Origin: Halocafeteria seosinensis
Lineage: Eukaryota
Assembly (NCBI GenBank): GCA_001687465.1
Contig: LVLI01000003.1
Span: forward strand, 1 to 64,000
Direction: 5' to 3'
DNA length: 64,000 nucleotides
A program made the position numbers and the translations under genes. Below are positions 34,237-47,158 of the stretch, piece by piece (within the stretch, counting starts at the first letter, position 1; every line of letters begins with the position of its first letter). Below the pieces are notes generated by a model. The model ran no database searches and was not told where the DNA came from. It was given only the letters and a program-made list of their open reading frames with translations.

Positions 34237-37200
34237 ATGAAGGGGTATACCGTACTGAAATATACAGAGTTGGTATGGATACTAGCTAGTCGATGTTTCC
34301 TCAAAGATAGTAGCTTCGAACTTTCCCTCCAAAAAATGTCGTTACCGTCGCGTGACATGGACAAAAAATCCCGTGTGGAACGATGTCATCGTGATTACGC
34401 TGACTTAGTGGATGCACTTCCTCCATCGATTACCGGGGGCTGGATACGTGCAGGGAGAAGTGGTTCCGATTTGAATGTCACGTTGCTCAAGAGTCACTTG
34501 AATTACCGCGAAAATGAGTCAAGGAAGTTTGTCTCACAGTATCCGGTAAAAGTGTCGAAAGATCGTGTTGAGGAATGGTTAGCCCCAGGACTGCCTCATC
34601 AAATCGAGAACTCGGCCTACATGAAGCCTTCGCCTTCCGGGGATCTGCTGGCAGTCATTCGACCGAAGACTAAGAATTCATCCACCACCTATCGCTTGGA
34701 AGTTTGGACACAGGAATCCCTACTCAGAACGATTGACTTGAGTCAAGCCCATGGGGACGTGCTTCTGGATGATTGGTTTGGATGCTTGAACTGGTCCCCA
34801 GATGAATCCTACCTTACGTATGTTGCAAAACCTAAGCCTAAAACCTCTTCCACTGGCAAGACGTGGTGGGAAAAAGACCCTGAGAATGTCAAGTTGAAAA
34901 GACAAGAAGAAAGTGGTGACAAGCAGCAGGAGCAGTCTGATAAAAACAAATCTGAGTCCGAAGAAAGCAAAAACGACGGAAACAAAGACTCGGAACAAAG
35001 CAAATCTGCAATAGGAGATCGTTTCCATTTTAAGGAAGACTGGGGTGAACGATTCACAGATGTGGCGGAAACTCGTTTGTTCCTGGCCTCAATCGTTTCT
35101 GGCCGTGTTGTTGAAGTTCCTCTACCAACAGAGAGTACACAGGGAAACAGTCACAATAAAGATCAATACAGCCTTCCGGAAGCTTCCGAGGAACCGTTAG
35201 AACCTACTGTCGGACAGCCTTGTTTTTCCGCGTGTGGCAACTGGCTATTCTATACCCTGTGGTGGCCAGTCCCCCAAAGGCTTGGCATGATTTACTGTTT
35301 TCACCGTCCATGTTCGGTATACGCTGTGGACACTTCCGGTCTATTACAGGAATTACAATACGAAAACTTTACTGAAAGCGAAGGAAGCAACAAAGAAAGC
35401 GAGTCGACTTCGTCTGCTTCACACTACTGCCTCACTCCTCGGTTTAGCAATTCTCGCTGCCCACGGCCAAGCCCGTGTGGGACGTATCTCGCCTTCTTGA
35501 CTAATGGATCACCCAAGCAAGTGGAGACTCATAATTCGACGACTTCGTTACATCTCATTGAATGGCAAAAGTGGATTGACCGTGGGAGACCCGTTTTGCA
35601 TACGCTAGAAGAGAATGCACAAGAATGGCCGCTGCACGCACGCTACACGTTTGAGATGGGTGTAACCTTGATAGATTTGGATACGCAGGTATTATGCCCC
35701 TTGATACCCAGTCCGGTCGAGCATAATGACGATTATGTAGAGCTTACAAAGGCTTATAACGACGCTCCGGCTAAAGTGACGAGGGACCTTATTGACCGGA
35801 TCGCTCCAGGCTTTCCAGGTATCTATACTACCTCTCTTCCTTCCAGATGCTGGAATTCTGGGAGTAATCAAATTATCTTAACGTCTGATTGGGGATCCAA
35901 GTCCTGTATGATAAGGGTGTCTATACAAGGACCATCGCTCGAACAGCTAACTGTTGAGAATCAAGTAAATGGTGTGTTGGATACGTTCCGCGAAGAGAGG
36001 CTGCCAGAGGGTAACTCTACTAACAATGGGACGACTTCTTTTAAATGGAATGATCCTTCGTTAGCATCTGTATCTGTCGTTGATGTTCATTCGTCTTGGG
36101 TTTTGTTTGTGGCTTCTTCTCCGTCTGTGCCGCCTCTGGCGGGAATGTTCCATATTGGGGAAAGGGAGAATAAATCGCCTGGTATTAATAGTCTGTGCAG
36201 CCCGTTGCTGCAGGACTACAAGGATAAGGAGAGAATCCCTCGCTTTCGAAACCTGTTGTCGAACGTGCTCCAAACCCGTTGGACATGCTTTTCTATTACT
36301 CCTACTACTTTCGCCGAGAGCACCGGCGGAAAGAATGCATTTGAAGCCGTTCTCGTTATTCCATCCGAACGAGTACGGAGGGAATTGAGCTCGCCCAAGC
36401 TGCCACTCTTAGTATTTCCCCATGGAGGCCCTCATGGTGTCATTCCTGCCTCCTTTTCCATCAATTTAAGCTTTCTTGTCAACCTTGGTTTTGCAGTACT
36501 ACTCGTGAACTACCGGGGTTCTACTGGTTTCGGAGAAGAGTGCGTCCGTTTCCTTCCCGGTAAATGCGGCTCTGCAGATGTGAACGATTGTATGGACGCT
36601 TTGACTAAGGCCCTAGAGATCTCAGAAAAAGACTTGGAGAACAGCCAAGAAATCAGTAGTACAGAACGGGTGTTTTCTGAAAATGCTGTTTCTGTGTGCG
36701 GTGGAAGCCACGGAGGATTCCTCGGAGCTCACCTCACAGCGCAGTTTCCATCATCGTTTAAAAGCACGGCGCTTCGAAATCCTGTCGTTAACATAGCTGG
36801 GGAAGCTACCGTCACTGATATTCCTGACTGGTACGTACCCGATCGGTGGACTGAACACTGAGAGTTGCTGCTAACTCTTCCTTTTCTTTCAGGTGCTTCG
36901 TTGAAAGTGGGCTACCGTTCGACTGGGAGAATGGAAGCACCCCTAGTGGAAAAGAACTAGCTCGAATGTGGGATGTATCTCCTATCGCCCGGGTAGGTAG
37001 CGTGACGTGCCCCACGCTCCTTGCCCTTGGAGGGAAAGACAGGAGGGTTCCTTGGAGTCAAGGAAGAGAATGGCATGAAGCATTGAAGCGGAATCGCGTT
37101 ACCACCCAGTAAGTTCCAGTATCATGTGACTTCGTGGAAAGGTTTGCGTCAGCAACTTTGCACTTTCTTCTCAGCGTCCAATTTTATCCCGAGGATTGCC

Positions 37201-37283
37201 ATGACCTTGGATCTCCTGGAACATTAGCTGATCAATTTGTTTCGATTGCAAGATGGTTCATACAATTCGGAACCGAGGACTGA
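34237..37283 (+). CDS. APEH: Acylamino-acid-releasing enzyme (S9C serine peptidase), 3 exons
   Basis: HGDVLLDDWFGCLNWS, EDWGE, RLGMIYCFHRPC, HGGPH, VNYRGSTGFG, GGSHGGFL (catalytic Ser), TDIPDWC, DRRVP (Asp), YPEDCH (His). The start may be ATG 34336. Confidence 0.93.
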
Positions 37284-37340
37284 TAATGCTAGATATTTCG
37301 CGTGTACTGCGTAACTTGCAGTGAAACACTTATGGCATCA

Positions 37341-39522
37341 CTATGGTTCGGGTTGCGCTACGTGTCTATCTGCAAGCAGAAATAAGACATTGAAGGATGC
37401 GTGCCCTAGCAACATTAACTAGTAACTTACAGACAGCGACGATCCCACGAGGCGTATAGTTACAAGATACTTCGACCGTGGTTGCTGTCCCTGATTTTGT
37501 AATCATCCGAAAAAGCATAGATTCCTCCGCGGACCATGAACTAGATATTTTACATCCATCTACTTGCTGATTTAGGTCCTCTGCTGAAGCACTAGACAAG
37601 GATTCCATATCACTTCCTCGGGATCCTTGGCTCTGTTGGCTCGCGCGTAGTTTATTCCGTAAAGACGGGGACGCTTCTCCGTCGCTCGAGTAGCAATGCA
37701 AAACTCCTGGAGCTAATTTAAAATCTTCATCGCATCCCGAAGTTGAATGAGATGCTACTGGCGACGACCTAGTCACCGGTTCCTGGCCGTCACCATCTTC
37801 GATCGAGAGCCCATGGTCCCCAACACGAGGAGCATTAGCTGAGTTACTCGGTAGGTTCGACCAGCTAGTCTTGACAGGTACTACTGCTTGCTTAGAAAAC
37901 TTCTCTTGGAGGTAGAAGTAGTCGAAACCACAGTTTGTAACGGTTGGAGACAAAAACAAACGCGCAAATTTGTTATGATACGTCGCTGCCCTTGACCACG
38001 CTTCCTGCTGAGGATCTTCAGGTGCTCTGATTACGACCGGTAGACGATCAGTTTCCGTGTCCGGAGATGCGTCTTGAGCGGTCCCACTTTCCGTGTTTTC
38101 TACAAACTGTCCCAAGACTTCTGAGAATCTGTGTTGAATCCGACGTAACTTGCGGGCGTACGAATCACTCCATTCCCGTCGGGATTCTTCCGCAGCACCA
38201 GTTTCGGCGTCCACCCTTGATACCAAAGCGAACATATCTTCTATATTCTGTCGATCTTTGTCATGAACGAAATCGACCACTCTTCTACCTATTAGATTTT
38301 CAGGAGTCCATCCCGTGAAGGCCTCTATCGAGGAACTGCAAGAGACGACTTTGAATCTACTATCCTCTGGAACGAACGCTTCTGAGACTTACCTAACAAA
38401 TTTAAAGCAGTGATAACCTTGGTTGTCCACGCTGTGCAAGGCAATTACATCACGACTATGATGGGCTACGAACTCATGTACAGCTGCAAGCTCGTTGGAG
38501 ACCTGCCTCTCCATCGACGAAACGATTTCACGTTGAAAGTTTCTTCGCTCCCGTTGCATTAACAGGAAGTATTGAAGCTGGAAGAACAGAAACACAATCA
38601 ACTCCCATTGGAAAACGTGTTGAGGTGAGAATTCTCGCAGTCCATAGTGGAGAGACAAGTTAACCACCGCACTCGCAATGTTCACCACGGTAAAGCCTGA
38701 GAGCCTAAGGTCCACGCATAGAAAAATTAACATTCGAAATAAAACTCCCCAAATCGCTGCGTCAAAAGCATATATCTCTTGAGAAGAAGAAATTCAGTCA
38801 TGCTGGATACACTCTTCTACTTACCCATAGAGCGCATATAAAGGACTTCATCGGCCTCGTAGTATATCCTAGAGAAATGCAACGAGAGAATCACGAGGAT
38901 TCCCGCAACTCTGATTCTCTGCTGTACAACAAGCTCCTTGCCGGAACGCTGCATGTTCACTCCCCCACAATAGCGTCGCATCAGGATCAGAAACAACAAT
39001 TGCAAGCCTCGAGTGATCAAGCGGTGCGCTTGGTGTTCTGGATCCTCGGGGTCCAACCAATCGGTGATCCAGTAGTACCTGCAGCGCACAGCACTCTGCT
39101 GTGTTCCCCCGAACGTTGAACAAGCTCCAGTTCATGGCTTCGAGTCCACTCACATAACAACTGCCACAGAGCAGTAAAGCCCAGGAAGCTCCCAAAATAA
39201 ATCTCCAACTGCAATTAAAGCATCGGAAACATGCCCACTGTGCCACACTACCAGCACCGCGGCGTGCTGAGCAGTACGACTTACCAACGCGAGATTCGGC
39301 GAATAGTTCCTCCAGAAACTGAGGCGAAAACCAAAGCGCAACTAGAAATATTCTCTCAAGGCGAGGTACGTTGCCTGTCTGGTAACATCCAGCGGCGGCG
39401 TGTCTCAGCTTTTCCTGCATGGCTTTGGCTCGTGCCACATTGGCGTCCTCCAGTTTCTTCCTCAGCCATTTCCGCGGGTGGCACAGAGGATGACACCTAT
39501 GAGAATCGGAACTGTTTTCCAT
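37341..39522 (-). CDS. 6TM + split PAS/PAC membrane protein, paralog A, 6 exons
   Basis: Spliced product has 6 hydrophobic segments, then HSRDVIALH...FKFVSSSIEAFTGWTPENLIGRRVVDFVHDKDR (PAS core), an insert of about 230 aa, and FRMITKSGTATTVEVSCNYTPRGIVAVYRHVAQPEP* (PAC). Confidence 0.8.
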
Positions 39523-39837
39523 AATTGCACTACTCAAACTAGCAAATTTATTAATCGGAAAATTATCCTCACAATGAACAACGACTGTGCTTGTTCATGT
39601 AGTACTAGCAAGGTACTAGTCTGGCGTTACAGGAAGTCAAGGAGAGAATCTACTAGAGATGGCATCAACATTAATTATTTTTACTACTACCAGGTAGTAC
39701 AAGGGTGTCTAGTGGTGCGCTGTTATCCAAAATCACCAGCAAACACCACCAGCGCTGCTCCCACGGAGCAACCGGCAGGCTGGAAGTTCCTTATATCGGT
39801 CCTCCCGCCATTGCCACATAAATATATGCACAAACAA

Positions 39838-42065
39838 CTAGAGTGGTGTCACAGACCTTGAAGAGGCTGGATTAAGCTTCCTATCTGCAGAAATATAGGG
39901 TGAGGGGTCCTCTTTAAATAAGGCAACGATTCTGCAACACCAAGCAAAGATGACTTACACACAGTGACTACGCCCTGGGGCGTGTTGTTACAGGAGGCTT
40001 GTACGAGCACTGGTGCGCCCGATTTTGATATAATGCGAAATGTCAGAGATTCTTCAACAGATATACTGCCGGAATCTTCGTTGATGTCAAGTTCGCTAAC
40101 TGGCAAACTTGGTAAAGAGCTGAGCGCACTCGCTGTCTCATCTTGACCTCTTTCCTCTCCCAAACCTCGGACACATTCATCTTCAGCATCCGATTGTGTT
40201 CCATCACTAGCTACATTGGGCGAGGAAAAATATTTCAAACTCTTTGGAAGTCTAGGGCTTGCCGATGACTCCTCTGATCGTTCTTCGCTGATCTCTGCGA
40301 CACTTTCCGCCGCAAACGTTCTCTGCCTATAGAAATGATCAAAGCTGTTACTCAAGTTCCTGGACGGGGAAAACAGTTTCGCGAACAATTCGTGCGATGT
40401 CACAGCCTTGGACCATGTTGATTCTCCCGGTAGCTGCAGACTCTGTTTCGTCGGCAATCTCCGCGATTCCGGTAGCTTGTTTGTGTTTTCCGTCATTCCT
40501 GATGGCACAATCTGCGCAGATGAGCTTGTCACTGTGTCAATCCTTATGGAATGATCGTCGAAATCTGTCAAAACCTTGGAGAACTTCTGTTGTATACCCT
40601 GCAACCTGTTAGAATATGACTGGTTCATCGAAAAATCATCAGCATCAGTTGGTTCATCAGAATATGCCTTCAGGAATATGTTTTCCACTATCTCCTTTTC
40701 TTTATCATGAACGAAATCTGTAACTCTTCTTCCTACCAATTCCTCGGGAGACCAACCAGTCATCGCTTCAATGGCGGAGCTGCGTCCTCTCACAAACAGT
40801 CGAAGAATCGAATAATATGCTACAAACATCAAGTGAAATGAACCATTCAGACTAATTACCTGACGAACTTAAAACAATGGTAGCCCTGTTTGTCTACGCT
40901 ATGCAACGCAATCGCATCGCGACTGTGGTGGGCGACAAATTCATGGACTGCTGCTAACTCATTTGAAACTTGTCTTTCCATGCAGTGGACTATTTGTCTG
41001 CGGAAGTCCTCTCTTTCTTTCTGTTTCATGATAAAATAATGTACTTGCAAGAAAATGAATACCACTAACTCCCACTGGAAAACGTGCTGATCGGAAAACT
41101 GACGGAACGCGTAGTGCCACGTCAAGTCTATCACAGCGTTTAACGCATTAATCACAAGGAAATGGCTGACGTAGCAACCGCTTGCGAAAATAATAATAAC
41201 TCGAAACAAAATACCCCAAATCCCTGTTTACAGAAAGAAGTAGTGAAATTCATGAGACAGGAGGAGACATGCAACTGCAAGAGGACTTACCCATGGAGCG
41301 AACATACAAAATGGTGTTCACTTCAAACAGTACCCTCGAAAACTTGAGAACAAGAATTATAGTTAAACCAAACAACTTATAGCGCTGTTGCCACAAGGCT
41401 GCTTTTCCCACTCGAGGGCGAACCAAGCCACTAAGGGAGAGAATCATTGCTAGCACAGAGCCACGTATCCAAAGCCTGTAAGGCTTATGCTCGGGGTCTT
41501 CCTCCTCGATCCAATCAGTTGTCCAGTAATAGCTGCTTCTTGAGAGCAAATTCATACGTTGAATACTCCAGTTGACGGGCCAAGATAGTTTCTACTTATA
41601 CGTACACAGCGATGAGCACTACAAGCACAAGTGCAGGAACCTCCCAAAGTCGATCTCCCACTGAGTATCAGGCCATGAGTCTCCAATACCACTACGATCT
41701 AGTACCCAGCATAGTTGCTCACAAAAGCACGTACCTGACCTCCACTCTATAAACATCTGCTCTACAATAGGTGGCGAAAACTCCAAAGAAACTGGAAACA
41801 CTTTATGTAGCTTGGGAGGAGTCCCTCCACATTGATAGCATCCTACTGCAGCTTTGAACAGTTTTTCCGAAAGAGCTTTCGAGTCCTCAGCGTTGACCTG
41901 CTCAATTTTCTTCTTGACCCATCTCTGTGGACGACACTGGCATCCTTGTCTTCGCCTTCCCCTTCTGGGGTGACCATTTTCCGGTCTATATCTCCTTATA
42001 TGCGTCGGCCGACGCGTGGAGTGCCTCTGGTCCGTGTCCGTCATGCTCAATGGACTCGTTCCCAT
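39838..42065 (-). CDS. 6TM + split PAS/PAC membrane protein, paralog B, 6 exons
   Basis: Same five intron positions and phases as paralog A. Shared ERQVSNELAAVHEFVAHHSRD and QGYHCFKFVS; SSAIEAMTGWSPEELVGRRVTDFVHDKEK; FRIISKSG...GVVTVYRKL...PL*. Confidence 0.8.
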
Positions 42066-43115
42066 TGCGTCACCAGCTTGAAAACGTTCGGTATACGAGC
42101 ACGGTAGGCTTTTCTATTTTGCGTTTCAACCAAGGAGCAATAGGGAACCAATAAAGGGGAATAATGGCCAAATTGGAAGTCTGGTTGAAGACTCGTGCGG
42201 AGTTTACCAGCTACACCATGAGCATCCCCGATTATCTTGTACAACACCCGACGAAAGAAATACGACCAAGTTGGATGCAGACAATCGCAAGAAGGAATAC
42301 TGATATGCGTAGCTAGGCTTGGTTAACCCAGAACGCCCAAATTCCGATCATCGGAATCCGATGCGACCGACCCAACACCGTTATCCCACCGAGCCTTACA
42401 GTACATACATGTACACCGTATGATACACGTATGTGTCTCGTTGTCGTTTTGAGAACAAGTAGGTAATAAGAAGAATGCTAGTCTATACTCGAATAGAGCG
42501 TCCGCCAGTTAGTGCGCAGCCATGGGACCGGAGCTGCAGCAACATAATGCCTTGGCTCTGCCTCGTTGACAAATCGCTGTTTATACGGAATGGAGGACTA
42601 CCAGCACTCTGTGTCTCGAGGTGTCGAAGAGTAGTAGCGAGACAGGGGTTGCTTATTCGGGATATCGGGTGCACTACTGACGGTAAACTCGAGCTCTTCC
42701 TACATGGCGACCGACGGAAATTACATGGAACAGTTGCATGTGTTCATCCTTAGAGTATCACCACTGCACGCTCAAGCGGTTTCGTATTGGGGTAAATGCC
42801 ATACTGAATGGCCAGACTTTCTGCACGACACCAACTGTCGACGACAGGAGCGTTGCCGCAACCCTTAACACTTTGGAATGGCGGCCAATGGACTTTCCGA
42901 ATAACCTGACAATCTTTTCTGCCACTAATTCATGCAAGTTCATTAACTCACTTTTTACAGTTCCCAGAACCTATTGATTTCCACCCATGAAAAAGTATGA
43001 TCATTGTTTGACTGCTGCGGCCTGAGTGCTTGAAATTTTAGTGCGCGAGAAGGAAAACAAAGGGCGCTTGAACATTGTTGCCCCTGGAGGTTGAAGCCGC
43101 TGTGGACGACAGATA

Positions 43116-46100
43116 ATGGCGGATAAGAGAGCACATGACGACGAAAAGGCAGAATTTCGACGCAAAGAGAACCCCTCGTGGGAATACAACCATACGTCTG
43201 TAGATTCCGGCTCCCAGGTCGTTTTGGAGGAGTATGAGAATGCAGACGATGACCTAGCATCGGTAGCCAAGCAGAGGGACCAACACCTACGAAAGCCTTA
43301 TTCTTCATCGATTCACCATCAACGCAATGGGAGTGATCCGAATCAATGTGTGGACAGGGATTCACGCGAGGTCGAGGCTCCGTCGCCTCCCAAAGGCCAG
43401 CATATTGAGGAGGAAACCATGGAGGCGGATGAACCCTTGGGACACACAAACGGTACTGAGCAACGGACCAATCCAGCTGCCTGGGCTCTCAAACGCGGTA
43501 CATTCAACATTCGCCATGATGTCGAAGAGCCCCCTCCGTCGCAAGATCGCCCTGCATCCGAATCTCTGCGTGAAGAAATGAATGACAGTGCCCCAAGACA
43601 ACTGCATCAAACTGTTTCCAACAAGTCTGACAACGACAGTTCTTCCGATAATCATCCCGTGGCCGAAGCTGGAGACGATAAAGATAGTACATTTGCTAAA
43701 GAAAATCCTTATTTGGATGTCCACCAAGGACAGAAAGCTGAAGAGAATTTGGAGGATAGCGACGACAGCAGCGAGAGACATGGTACAAATAGAGATGGGG
43801 AATATGGAAACAAAGTGAAGGAGGAAGACCCTCGTGACTCTAGTAGTCAAGAAAAGACTAACCATGCTTACTTTCACCGGGAAGCAAGATGGGTGGAAAG
43901 TGCCGCAGTCGAAATTCAAACCGAAGAAGCAAGTGCAGAAGAAGAGGAGGAGGAAGGGCAATACGAGAGTCCTGAGGAAATATTGTTGAAGATGCAGCGC
44001 GAACTTGTAGAAAGCTGCCATGAATACTCAGCACCTGCGGGGATTGTTGGTTTACGTAATTTAGGGAACACATGTTTCTTTAATAGTGTGCTGCAAGCAC
44101 TGTCTCATATTTCCCCACTGCGTCGGTATTTCCTCGAAGTGCCTTTCTCCTCAGAGCGTGCGGTTCTTGCCGAAGGACACATGGCGGACGTATTCCGACA
44201 GTTTTTGGCAAAGATGTGGTGTGGACGGTAAGTTTACTGCCCTTGTTTGCTATTCTCTGAAGGTGCTCTTGTATTCGCGTGTTTTGAAATGCAGGTTCTC
44301 GTGTGTATCTCCCTCAGGAATGTTGCGCAACCTTAGGGCTAGAAACCCGATGTTTGAGGGATTCAACCAGCATGATGCCCAGGAAGCACTCAGATTCCTT
44401 TTGGATCATTTGCATGACCTGCTGGCGATCAATACGCCGCATCCGTACGCTAGGCTCGCAACACCACCGATTTTGGGCGGAAGTAATTGTACTGAAGTCA
44501 CATATTCGGACGAAATGGCGAAACTGCACAATAAGTACCGGCAATATCTTCCTGCAAGCATTCTGAAAGCTTCGATTCGTGAGAAAAACGGTCCTTCTGC
44601 GGAAAAGGAGGAAGAGGGTGAGGGAGGAAACGATGATAGAACTGTTCCCGTGCCAGGTTGGCTTAGCAATGGGCCACATGTTGATGTTGCGACACAGAAG
44701 CGTAGCTTCATCTCCGATTTATTTCAAGGAACATTGGCTAATCGAATCCGCTGTCACGAATGTGAACAAGAATCGGTCACTTTTGACCATTTTTGGGATC
44801 TAAGCTTGCCGATTGCGGGCAGCAGCAACCGGCATCATCTGGCGCGGATGGCAGATACAGCTTTGCGATCACGAGGTAGATCTCTCGGTGATGTTGGGAG
44901 TTCGCCGGAGCATCAGCAGCAAGCAATTATCGACAACATTTTGTGCGAAGCCTTGCGCGAGGAACCAAGTGACTGTGATTTACCATTTCTTCTGCCTAAG
45001 GCTGCTGGAGCGGAGTCTTCGCGCCCAAGTGGCAACTTGTCGTCGGGTGTCTCGATGGTGACTAACAAACTATTCAAGAATGGCGCTAGTCCAGTGGCTC
45101 CCCCTTCTAAAGATGAAGCCGGTGAGCAGGAAGGAAGGTTTGCAAGTGACCAAGAAGAGCTGCATGAAGAGGGTCTAGAGAGTACCACGAGCGGGCCTAG
45201 TGTTGCCTCAAGTGACTCTGTTTGGAAGCAAGTGATGTCAAAACTCACTTGTCCATCTCGTAGAATGGGTAAATTCTTGGGATTAGGGAGCTGTGATCTG
45301 TCGCTTTACGACTTGTTTTATAAGTATTGTGATAGGGAGGTCCTCTCTGATACAGACGCCTATCACTGCAACCGCTGCGAGAAAAAAGTTACAGCTACCA
45401 AGATGTTTAGCCTTGTGGAGCCTCCTCCTGTTTTGTGTTTACACTTAAAACGGTTTAGTTATTCCCCGAGAAGCTTTTGGGGAGGGTCCAAAATCGACAC
45501 AGGCGTTCGCTTTCCACTCAAGGGATTGGACGTCTGGCCCTTTGTGTGGCAGGGTGCGGTTCCCGCTGCGAAACAGCAACTCCGGGAAGCGTCCAGTCGA
45601 CAAGATAAACAGGTAAGGGAAGGAGATATTCGCCTGCCTCACAAAGAAAGTGGGGGTCCTCAAGGCCAGCAAAGAACGTTCACGAAAGCGCCGTTTAGCT
45701 GTCCTAGTGCTTTCTTTCCTTCCACTTCTGATGCACACACTAGTGAAGCAATAGCTCACAATATAGTATCACAGAAGGTTATCCAAAACCGCGTGCAAGA
45801 GAAAAAAAGAGGATTGGCAGTCCAAACTGGCGAAGGAAAGCAGACTTCTGAAGAGTCCTCCGCGCTTGGGGACACTGGTGGTCATGAAAAGCGGCATCTG
45901 ACGTTGGGATACAATACTGCGAATGCTTACCGCAGTGATTATCAATATGACCTGGTGGCTCTGGTTCAGCATTTAGGTGGATTCGGAGGAGGTCATTACA
46001 TCTCTTTCACTAAGCATTCGGAAACTGGGAAATGGCATTTATACGATGACGAAAGCGTAAGGGAAGTTTCTGAAGAGACAGTCGCCTCGGCCCAAGCTTA

Positions 46101-47151
46101 TTTACTCTTCTATGTGCGGCGCGACGTGGCTTCGTGCATGACCAATCTTCTGCGAGCGTTCAACCATGGAGGCTCGCCTCTTCAGGAGTTATTTGTGACA
46201 GATAACCAAAAGCGATGTATTATTCCAAGTGCTTCTTCCTTGGAACAATTTTTCTTCCAACGGGCGAGGCGAAGGGTTTGTGAGAGAATGAATGAGGATG
46301 TGGACAAATTATCGTTGGATTCAGATATTGTGAAGAAGGTACTGCTTCTGGAGACTGTGCCCTTCATGGAACAGTATATTCTCCAAAAATTAAATTTGAA
46401 TACTTCGATAATTTCCCTTGAGCGCTTGAAGGAGATTGAACTTCCTCAATTCTGCTTTGTATCCAGAGATTGGTGGCTAAAATGGCAAACTGTTCCCAAC
46501 CCCGGACCTGTTACCTCCTGGGACATCATTTCCGCCCACGGTTACTTGAAGAGAACGCTAGCTGAGGCATGGACTCGTCGTGACCAACTACTTGGGGCAG
46601 TAGTACCTGTTCCAGTTGAAGTATATGCTTGGTGGGTGGTGCAATTTGGAGCTTCGGGTCCACCCATTTGGGAATTAGAAGCCTGCCCGCATTCGACCGA
46701 AGAGATCCGCCTTTTACAGGAAAGGAGAGATAGAGAGTATGCCACTATCCGAGCTATAGATAGTACAAAGGAAACGACAGACTCTGAGGAATACGAATTG
46801 AGAGATGATGCGACAGATGCTGTGGACTACAAGCGTTGCTGGTTTCTACTCTCTTCCTCATGGTTGCAACGTTGGAGAGAGTTTGTATTCAACAAAGGGT
46901 ACTCTGATGCTACCGGGCGTGGAGTGTTACCACCGGGACCGGTGGACAACGCAAAGCTGTTGCACCCGAATGGAAAGCCTCATAGTAATCTTAAGCTGCA
47001 AACTCATTACCGTGGGGTGAACTATAAGGTCTGGGAGTACTTTATGCAGGCGTATGGCGGAGGGCCTACGATTTGCCGGCGCAACGTAGATATTTACGAT
47101 ACCTCTCCATTGCCTCGTTCAGATGAAGAGCTAAGTGACGATTCGGAATAG
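43116..47151 (+). CDS. Ubiquitin-specific protease with C-terminal DUSP domains (USP20/33-like), 2 exons
   Basis: GLRNLGNTCFFNSVLQAL (Cys box), QHDAQE, CLHLKRF, YDLVALVQHLGGFGGGHY, WHLYDDE, AYLLFY. Two DUSP-like units (VSRDWWLKW..PGPVT; WFLLSSSWLQRW..PPGPVDN..YGGGP). Intron 44228-44294. Confidence 0.93.
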
Positions 47152-47158
47152 GATGGCA

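Noticed and set aside
42475..42977. Short ORFs upstream of the USP containing PWLCL, possibly a zf-UBP exon
   Set aside because: Cys/His spacing does not fit zf-UBP and I found no convincing splice path to 43116.
43362..44021. Long antisense ORFs (for example 219 aa here and 256 aa at 49932-50702)
   Set aside because: They are shadows of real CDSs on the opposite strand and carry no recognisable motifs.
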